From IMG/VR virus record IMGVR_UViG_3300014039_000031, positions 7,725-71,724 of that record: a stretch of DNA of 64,000 bases. The stretch is one strand, 5' to 3'. The notes under the pieces are model-generated. The model saw only the letters and a list, made by a program, of their open reading frames with translations. It did no database searches and was not told the origin of the DNA. Source of the DNA: a virus. A program made the translations under genes and the position numbers. Numbering within the stretch: position 1 is the first letter of the stretch; each line of letters begins with the position of its first letter. This document shows positions 57,401 to 64,000 of the stretch, in pieces.

Positions 57401-57721
57401 ATGAATGATTCTACTATTAAAGAAATTGCAAATCAACTTGGCGTAGCAGTCAATACCGTTGTGCCGCAATATGCTATGAGTCAGTCTATTAAACTATGTG
57501 CTTTGATTATTATTATGCTGATTGTTATTATTGTCAGTATCATTGTTATGAAACATAATTGGCAGAATTTTAAAAACGATTATGGAGATGGTAAACTCAT
57601 TTTCATTGGCGCAGCCGTAGTAACTTGCTTCGCCGTACCTCTTCTTGTATTTTCCATTGCGTCTTTGGTCGCTTGGATTGTCAGCCCTATTGGAATGACT
57701 CTTGGAGCATTGACTAGTTAA
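57401..57721 (+). CDS. Membrane protein (2 TM)
   Basis: Hydrophobic segments. Confidence 0.45.
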   Translation: MNDSTIKEIANQLGVAVNTVVPQYAMSQSIKLCALIIIMLIVIIVSIIVMKHNWQNFKNDYGDGKLIFIGAAVVTCFAVPLLVFSIASLVAWIVSPIGMTLGALTS

Positions 57722-57790
57722 TTTTTTTCTTGCATCTGGTTTAATTATGTTATATAATATAATTAAAGAAAGAGGAAAAGGAGATTCCAA

Positions 57791-57997
57791 ATGGCTCAGT
57801 ACATGGTTGCAAACATCGCTTACAACACCTTCTATGAGTGCGATGGGAAGTTTGCGGGAATCGTGCGGGATAAGTGCCTTTTCAAGAGCAAGGACCAGCT
57901 CCGCAGGATTCTGGACGAGGTTAAGGCTCATAAGTTGAGCAAGTACCACATGGTCTATGAGGGTTCAATTGAGTCCGTTGAGCCGTTTGAGAACTAA
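57791..57997 (+). CDS. Hypothetical protein
   Basis: Promoter + RBS. Confidence 0.45.
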   Translation: MAQYMVANIAYNTFYECDGKFAGIVRDKCLFKSKDQLRRILDEVKAHKLSKYHMVYEGSIESVEPFEN

Positions 57998-58021
57998 TTC
58001 AGCCAAGAGAAAGAAGAAATA

Positions 58022-58444
58022 ATGGATATTTACACTTACTATCACGAGACGGTTATGACAGATGCAGAGTATTATATCGATAATGAACACATCGATACTC
58101 GCGTAGATGGCTTTGATGAAGATGCGGCTTTCGATGAAATTTTTGACGATATGTGGGCTTCTGATTGGGTGTGCGGTAATGGGTCGGAAAACGGTCATGA
58201 CGATGTGCTGGTCGTTGTTTCTGCGGAAGAGATTATGAGTGGTCTTTTGGATAAGGACCTAACCGATAACATCCGCGATGCATATGGCGATGACTATTTT
58301 GGCAAGGCAATTGTGGAAAATGTTATCGGCCAAGGTACAAAGGGTGTGCGTTATCTAGACACCTTGTTCCGCACGACTACCCTTGAAGATATTATCGATG
58401 ATGTTAAAGATTATTTTCTCAAGAGCATTCATAAGGAGAATTAA
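58022..58444 (+). CDS. Hypothetical acidic protein
   Basis: ORF. Confidence 0.45.
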   Translation: MDIYTYYHETVMTDAEYYIDNEHIDTRVDGFDEDAAFDEIFDDMWASDWVCGNGSENGHDDVLVVVSAEEIMSGLLDKDLTDNIRDAYGDDYFGKAIVENVIGQGTKGVRYLDTLFRTTTLEDIIDDVKDYFLKSIHKEN

Positions 58445-58446
58445 TC

Positions 58447-58806
58447 ATGGAAAAGTTTTTTGATGATGATACGCTGGCTAATGATTATGTCAAGAACATT
58501 GTAGACCATGCGGCATATCGTCTCTTTGAGAACCAGCAGAATTGGCTTTATATGGTCGGTGAGCTTGGTAAAGGGCGCTGGCCGATGCTAAAAGATAATG
58601 CCGTTGATTATATCGAGCAGAAGGTTGAACAGGAATTCCATCTTCTTATCGCTTTTATCACATTTGAGCTTATCAAGATGTATCACGGGCAGGATATTGA
58701 CCTTAGTGAGAATGTTGCCGCTGAATATAATGAGTGGTTTGGCTATGAGCCAGAAGACGAAGGATATGTTAAAGGCAAGCCTGACCCTAACGGAGAGAAG
58801 GAGTAA
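58447..58806 (+). CDS. Hypothetical protein
   Basis: ORF. Confidence 0.45.
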   Translation: MEKFFDDDTLANDYVKNIVDHAAYRLFENQQNWLYMVGELGKGRWPMLKDNAVDYIEQKVEQEFHLLIAFITFELIKMYHGQDIDLSENVAAEYNEWFGYEPEDEGYVKGKPDPNGEKE

Positions 58807-58814
58807 AATACATA

Positions 58815-59348
58815 ATGGACGATTGTTATATGAACGCCCGCATGAACGAGCTAGCAATCAATATTGATAAGGTGCAGAAGATGGCCGTAGATACAAAGCT
58901 ATCTGATATTCCATCTATCCATAAAGATGTACGTACAGCCAAGCAAATGTCACATGCCGCATATACGCTTGCAAGCTCCATCAATGAGGTTGCTTCTAAG
59001 ATTCAGACAGCAAATATCGGAGGCCGCACTGTAGACGCTGATATTGACCCTGACTTTGCATATCATGTGTATCCAGCTCTTCAAAATGCATATTCGAAAG
59101 GCAAACGCCTACAAGAACAGCGTGAGCTGAAAGTCCGCCAAGAGCATAACAAACATATGGATGGGCTTATTCGTGATGTGAAGTTTGACGGCAAGTGGAC
59201 TATTATCAAATGGTCTGATGGTGATATTACACGAGTGAAATGCTCAGATGAAGATGATAATACGCCTGCTGGTGGGTTCAATGCGGCAGTTGCCAAGCAT
59301 TTCTTCCGTGGTGCATATAATAAGATTATGCATAAATGGTGTGATTAA
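58815..59348 (+). CDS. Hypothetical protein
   Basis: ORF. Confidence 0.45.
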   Translation: MDDCYMNARMNELAINIDKVQKMAVDTKLSDIPSIHKDVRTAKQMSHAAYTLASSINEVASKIQTANIGGRTVDADIDPDFAYHVYPALQNAYSKGKRLQEQRELKVRQEHNKHMDGLIRDVKFDGKWTIIKWSDGDITRVKCSDEDDNTPAGGFNAAVAKHFFRGAYNKIMHKWCD

Positions 59349-59537
59349 ATGCTTGATGAAGACGGAAAAGATTGGTGGTTAAATCAAGCCAAAAGAAGCG
59401 TTGAAACACTTGATGAAGATGATTTCGATAGATTCTTGATGATGTTGGATACAGCGCCAGTAGCAGATGACATTCTGTATGATAAGTTCGGTGAAACGTT
59501 AGACCTTTGGCCGCAGGAGGATGAATATGAGTCATGA
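59349..59537 (+). CDS. Hypothetical acidic protein
   Basis: ORF. Confidence 0.4.
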   Translation: MLDEDGKDWWLNQAKRSVETLDEDDFDRFLMMLDTAPVADDILYDKFGETLDLWPQEDEYES

Positions 59538-59805
59538 GTTTGTAAGTAATTTGCGGAATATTGCCACTTTTGCCAATAGTCAAGAGGTAATTAAAGATAA
59601 AGAGACGCAAAGTGACTACATCGATGAAATCAATCATATCATCAAAAAGGCCGCACAGCGAGGAGAGTTCTTCTATACATACAATGGTGTAAAAGAAGAT
59701 ATGGTAATGAAGCTAGCTATTTATTATGATTCTCTTGGTTTTGTTACCAGCGTGCAGAAGGATAGATATAGCGGCTCTTGGTCGCTTTACTTGAATTGGA
59801 TGTAA
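59521..59805 (+). CDS. Hypothetical protein
   Basis: ORF. Confidence 0.4.
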   Translation: MNMSHEFVSNLRNIATFANSQEVIKDKETQSDYIDEINHIIKKAAQRGEFFYTYNGVKEDMVMKLAIYYDSLGFVTSVQKDRYSGSWSLYLNWM

Positions 59806-60143
59806 ATATGAGAGCAGAAGAAGCTAAGACTATCGCACGAATTGCCGTCCAAGAGAAGCATGAAGCTGAATTGGCTAAGATTGCGGCAAAGCGCAAGGAG
59901 ATGGATGAACGGCTAGAATATTATTGTAATAGTTTAAGCACTTTAATTGAGAATAAGGCTAAAGACGGTAACTTTGATGCGAGGTATCGCATCAATGCTG
60001 AAAATTTTGATTCAGAGCATATGATTGAACTTTCCGCGCGTCTTGAAGACGATGGCTATGATGTTGATTATAAATTTTTTGAAAAAGGAGAGCGTCGTAT
60101 TGTTAAACCGGCTCATTGGCTACTTTCAATCTCTTGGCGATGA
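59778..60143 (+). CDS. Hypothetical protein (true start possibly ATG ~59807)
   Basis: ORF. Confidence 0.4.
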   Translation: MVALLELDVNMRAEEAKTIARIAVQEKHEAELAKIAAKRKEMDERLEYYCNSLSTLIENKAKDGNFDARYRINAENFDSEHMIELSARLEDDGYDVDYKFFEKGERRIVKPAHWLLSISWR

Positions 60144-60144
60144 T

Positions 60145-60483
60145 ATGTCCGCAGACAATATGCGGAACGTGACTAAAATTGCCCTTGATAATATGAAAGC
60201 CAAAAAGAAGAAAGATGAAGAATGGCATCAAAAGCTGATGGACAGGCGTGTGCGGCCAGTAATAAAAGTTCTCGAAGAAGAAGTTAAATGTTCGGCGAAA
60301 GATGGCAAAACCAGAATCGAGCAAGAGATTGAAGATTATTATCTAGATTTGCCGCACATGGAAAAAATCAGAGATTATTTTAATGATTTGGGCTATAATG
60401 TGATGTTATGGGATACCCATAATGGTCCAATCAGTGCTTCTTTTAAGCCTTTAATCTACACAATCAGTATTTCATGGGAGTAA
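60145..60483 (+). CDS. Hypothetical protein
   Basis: ATG after previous TGA. Confidence 0.4.
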   Translation: MSADNMRNVTKIALDNMKAKKKKDEEWHQKLMDRRVRPVIKVLEEEVKCSAKDGKTRIEQEIEDYYLDLPHMEKIRDYFNDLGYNVMLWDTHNGPISASFKPLIYTISISWE

Positions 60484-60726
60484 ATATGGGCATCGAGACT
60501 ATTTTAGGAGTTGTAATTGGAACTATTGTATGCGCTTCTCTTCTCGTTTTTCTCTTCACTGGCTGGGATGATAGCACGCTCTCAGATGATTTTTAATTTT
60601 ACATGCGGCCTAGGACTACTTATTGGTCTATATATGGTCGTGTGGGGTTTACATGAGTTCTGGCTGATGTACCAAGAGGAAAAGAAACTAACACATCAGA
60701 TGAATGGTCGGCATTGGGCTAGTTAA

Positions 60727-60850
60727 ACACTATATATTGTGTGCGGCCTAGCACAATATATAGTAACACAATATATAGGGTGGGTTAATTAATAGCTCAT
60801 AAGCACGCGGCTTAACCTTAAGGTTCAAGTTTAACTTGAAGGTTTGGCCG
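60727..60850. repeat. Nested perfect palindromes in ORF-free region (ctatatattgtg...cacaatatatag; acgcggc...gccgcgt enclosing aaccttaaggtt and caagtttaacttg)
   Basis: Sequence inspection. Confidence 0.5.
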
Positions 60851-61088
60851 CGTTATCTTTATATATATTACCAATTATAATACTATAGCCAGTTTATTGA
60901 ATAATATTAAAACGGAAACGTCGAGCTTGAATTCGGCAATTAAAAATATAAAACGTATAAGTTTACTTAAAATATAAAATAGGCCCTCTGAGTCCATTCT
61001 GTGGGCTTCCAGGGCTATATTTTCTTCTTGCTTCTGGCTATATAATATTATATAATATTATTAAAGAAAGGGAAGAAAGGAACCTGAT

Positions 61089-61418
61089 ATGGGCATGAAG
61101 TTCACTCCTGAAACCATCCAGTACCTGTTTGATGAGAAGACCCGCGATGCCGCAAATGCAATCAACAGCGGTGAAAAGTCGTGGTTGAAAGCCAAGCCAA
61201 TTGAAGCTATCGCCGCAGAAGTAATTGAATCTGCGGAGAAGGGTGATTTTTGCGCCTATTGGGTTATTTTTAAGGGTAGCGAGAAAGAGGCTATGGAAGC
61301 TCGTAAAACGCTTGAAGAGCTTGGTATGGCTGTTGAGGACTACTACTGGCATGATGATGGCGAATATGATACAGCAGGTGGCCGCATGAGTGTTTACTTC
61401 TCCCACCTTCTGGTGTAA
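61089..61418 (+). CDS. Hypothetical protein
   Basis: Promoter + RBS. Confidence 0.45.
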   Translation: MGMKFTPETIQYLFDEKTRDAANAINSGEKSWLKAKPIEAIAAEVIESAEKGDFCAYWVIFKGSEKEAMEARKTLEELGMAVEDYYWHDDGEYDTAGGRMSVYFSHLLV

Positions 61419-61433
61419 AGATAGGATTATATT

Positions 61434-61733
61434 ATGGTGATTTGTGCGGCATATGCCAAGAGACTGAAAGATAATGAGCTTACACGATATGAGAAAAAAA
61501 TAGTGGATGTGCATACAATTTGCAGCATATTCAATACCGCAATAGTCTGTACTGAATGTAAAGACGATTGGCCGCTAGCTATCTCTAGGAAGAGATTCGA
61601 GCCGTATCTTTTAAGTGATGATTGGGTGTGGGTTTCTTCAAGTGTTGTGGATGTTCTTGAAGGCGCTGGATATGATGTTGTAAAAAAGCAGGATAAAATC
61701 GTCGTGGACATACCAAGAGAAGAGAAAAAATAA
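61434..61733 (+). CDS. Hypothetical protein
   Basis: ORF. Confidence 0.4.
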   Translation: MVICAAYAKRLKDNELTRYEKKIVDVHTICSIFNTAIVCTECKDDWPLAISRKRFEPYLLSDDWVWVSSSVVDVLEGAGYDVVKKQDKIVVDIPREEKK

Positions 61734-61750
61734 AATAGAAAATGATGATA

Positions 61751-61780
61751 AACCCGTGCGGCGAATGCCGTGCGGGTTTT
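61751..61780 (+). terminator. Intrinsic terminator
   Basis: cccgtgcggc gaat gccgtgcggg + tttt. Confidence 0.6.
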
Positions 61781-61878
61781 AGTATATCTAAAGGAAGTTG
61801 GGCAAAAGAATATAATTTATGATATGTATTTTTTGTATATAATGTATAAAATGTATATAATAAAGATAGGAGAAAAGA

Positions 61879-62052
61879 ATGAATAAACATGTAAACATCG
61901 GTATGCCGCAGGAGAAATATGATGAATGGTTTGCGGCGATGCTCACTATGGGATATAGCAATTTTACGCAATTCGTGCGTGATGCTATTCAAGAGAAAGT
62001 GGATAGGAACGCTGTAACTGGATTAACGGTTTTGTCTGCGTTAAAAAGTTAA
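61879..62052 (+). CDS. Ribbon-helix-helix (CopG/Arc-like) DNA-binding protein, 57 aa
   Basis: VNIGMPQEKYDEWFAAM...GYSNFTQFVRDAI RHH pattern; RBS ataggagaaaagaatg. Confidence 0.5.
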   Translation: MNKHVNIGMPQEKYDEWFAAMLTMGYSNFTQFVRDAIQEKVDRNAVTGLTVLSALKS

Positions 62053-62141
62053 CGGTCTTGTGTGCATTTTGATTATTGTGGCAATCTTATAATTATAAAA
62101 CTCTTGTGGTTACGAAAATAACGGTACAATTCGTTTTAACA

Positions 62142-62373
62142 AAACCGCAGGTAAAATTGGTGCATATTTTTTAACTATCAAAAAGGTCAAAAAAACTGCA
62201 CCAAATATTGAGAAACCGCAGGTAAATTTAGTGCAGTTTTTTTAACCATATGAAACAATAAAAAAACTGCACCATTATTTCTAAAAAGGTTAAAAAACTG
62301 CACCAAATATGTAAAAAAGGTTAAAAAAACTGCACCAAATATGTAAAAAAGGTTAAAAAAACTGCACCACTAG
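62142..62373. repeat. Iteron array: aaaaaaCTGCACCA x5 direct (+ inverted copies in aaaccgcaggtaaaNttNgtgcag x2)
   Basis: Direct/inverted repeats immediately upstream of Rep-like gene. Confidence 0.6.
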
Positions 62374-62424
62374 TAAATTATAAGTAAATTATATAAAGTA
62401 CTTTATATAAAAGAAAGGAATTAT

Positions 62425-63408
62425 ATGAAGCAGTCTAGGATAAGTTTTAATGTTAACGACGATAAGATGCAAAATAAATATTATAATCCTTTAGCCATAG
62501 GATTGATTAGTCTTGATGCCCCATTGAATAAAGATACTCACACTCGAACATTAAAAGTAAAAGCAGCAAATAAAAAATTGCGTGATATTGGTTTTTCTAA
62601 ATATCAAATTAAGAAATTCTGGGATTGCATGGCGCAATTAGAAATACTGCAAATTGACGGTTCAGAATGTATTATTCTGCCAGTGGAAAAAAGATTCGTC
62701 GCTATCCCAATAGAGACGGTACGATTCTGTGTGAACACTTTATCCAGCGGTTGTTTTAAAACTTATTGTTATTTAAAATCTTGGTATCAATTGCGGCAAA
62801 TTAAAAACTATAAAGAGAATTACTTTTTTTCATATTCTGAAATAGTAAGAGCGTTCGGAATGAAAAAAAATAATGTATTGCTTAAAAAAATTCGAGAATA
62901 TGTCAATACGCTAAATGCGATAGGATTGATTGAATGTGCTCAAGCTGGTGTATATAGAAAAGGACATCATGGACAGTATATAGAATTATACCAAGTAAAT
63001 GATTATTGCCCAGCAGAGATTGAAGCAATTGAATCATTAGATAAGATTATTGAAGATGAAAAAGACATTCCAGAAGATTATGATCCATTGGATGTGAATC
63101 CAGAATATGCCGCATTATGTGATGGAGACAATAGTGTTGTGAAGCAAAAGACTATTGACGCAGAAGAACATCGGTTGCCGCAAGATACATCAATACGCTC
63201 TGCTGATTTTAAAATAAATTGGAAAAATGGTGAAATTTCTTTTGAAGAATACAAAGAATGGGTTAAAAAGCAGTATCTGCCAGTGTATCAGTTTAAAGTG
63301 GATATGAAAGGGAAGAATAAAAAGATTTTTGAAGAGCATGAAAATGTTTGCCAAGAGTTTTTAGAAGAGCTACGTGGTGAATTTCCTGCAGGAGATTTAC
63401 ATAGATAG
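62425..63408 (+). CDS. Putative replication initiator / iteron-binding protein
   Basis: Position downstream of iterons; RBS aaagaaaggaattatatg. Confidence 0.4.
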   Translation: MKQSRISFNVNDDKMQNKYYNPLAIGLISLDAPLNKDTHTRTLKVKAANKKLRDIGFSKYQIKKFWDCMAQLEILQIDGSECIILPVEKRFVAIPIETVRFCVNTLSSGCFKTYCYLKSWYQLRQIKNYKENYFFSYSEIVRAFGMKKNNVLLKKIREYVNTLNAIGLIECAQAGVYRKGHHGQYIELYQVNDYCPAEIEAIESLDKIIEDEKDIPEDYDPLDVNPEYAALCDGDNSVVKQKTIDAEEHRLPQDTSIRSADFKINWKNGEISFEEYKEWVKKQYLPVYQFKVDMKGKNKKIFEEHENVCQEFLEELRGEFPAGDLHR

Positions 63409-64000
63409 TGGAACACATAGATAGTGGGACAGCTTTCCACTTTTGACTTGATATGGTTCATTATATTGGTTTATTTTGGGAATGCGTCCCACTTATGATG
63501 ACATAGGGTGGGGTGAGAGGTATAGAATTCTCCCAGATAAGGTAAAAAATGATTACACTATCCAAATGCAATTTGGAATGCGGTATTATATATGAACATA
63601 TGTTCATATGTCAATATATTTTTTTTAGTCCTCTGACCTGCGGAAACGTTAAAAACCACCTCATTTCCCGCAAGTCGAACCATATAACGTTTCATTGTAC
63701 TCTTGGATTTTTTGAACCAAGAGAAAGAAAAGTTTGAACCAAGAGAAAGAAAAATAATGTTCTTAACAAATAAAAAAAATGCCCGTGCGCGACCTTGTGT
63801 CGTGCAGGGGCCTTGTGTCGTACAGACAGAGAGAGTTCAAAGAAAAGAAAGAAAAAGAAAAAGTAACACAAAAAGAAAAAGAAAGAAAAGAAATTAAAAA
63901 ATACTTTTACTAAAGTAAAAGTATTTTTATAATTATTATTTATTTTAAATAATTTATATTATTTAATTTATTATAATATAATAAATATTATTTATAATAT

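Noticed and set aside
57494-57949. 151-aa minus-strand ORF
   Set aside because: Antisense to two promoter-RBS-supported plus genes
60517-60726. 69-aa ORF versus the 36-aa TM ORF at 60486..60596
   Set aside because: Two overlapping frames, neither with strong signals; left unannotated
61585-61992. 135-aa minus-strand ORF
   Set aside because: Overlaps plus-strand genes and terminator; no signals
62142-62373. CRISPR array
   Set aside because: Repeat units are 14-31 bp, AT-rich, with near-identical spacers and inverted copies; no cas genes; fits iterons

Overview
This 64-kb window is a segment of a large, low-GC (about 35%) lytic-type phage. The Shine-Dalgarno-like RBSs (AGGAG/AAAGGAG) and the sigma-A-type promoters suggest a Firmicutes-like host. 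All calls are from reading the sequence; no database search, tRNA scan or structure prediction was run.

Layout:
- 1..35755: a leftward (minus-strand) DNA-replication and nucleotide-metabolism module. Products I can support are NrdD with an NrdG-like radical-SAM partner, a guanylate-kinase-like kinase, a DnaE-type polymerase, a RecJ-like DHH protein, DnaG-like primase, DnaB-like helicase, a RecA-like ATPase, SSB, ThyX, an ATP-dependent DNA ligase, type II topoisomerase ATPase and cleavage subunits, a Ro60/Rsr-like protein and an Rnl1-like RNA ligase.
- This module is heavily invaded by intron-like intervening sequences and homing endonucleases (four GIY-YIG, one LAGLIDADG). dnaE is in three pieces, and dnaB, the topoisomerase A subunit and nrdD are each split.
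- 35756..36304: an AT-rich divergent control region with palindromes.
- 36305..63408: a rightward early-type region of many small genes. Almost every gene sits behind a near-identical strong promoter (T-rich UP element, TTGAC, 17 nt, TATAAT) and a good RBS, and is often followed by an intrinsic terminator. It contains nine tRNA genes in three clusters, two Pnk-like kinases, a metallophosphoesterase, a SpoU-family methyltransferase, a cytidine/dCMP deaminase, an HNH endonuclease behind a highly structured leader, a RuvB-like ATPase, and a ribbon-helix-helix / iteron / Rep-like module near the right end.

The most interesting finding is the Ro60 (TROVE+vWA) gene at 30514..31950. Directly upstream on the same strand is a promoter-driven, terminator-bounded Y-RNA-like ncRNA of about 140 nt, with a long bulged stem and a tRNA-like acceptor/T-arm minihelix. 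At least two paralogous Y-like RNAs, plus one degenerate copy, are embedded in the tRNA clusters. They sit next to RNA-repair enzymes (Rnl1-like ligase, Pnk-like kinases, phosphoesterase). Together this looks like a phage RNA quality-control and repair system.
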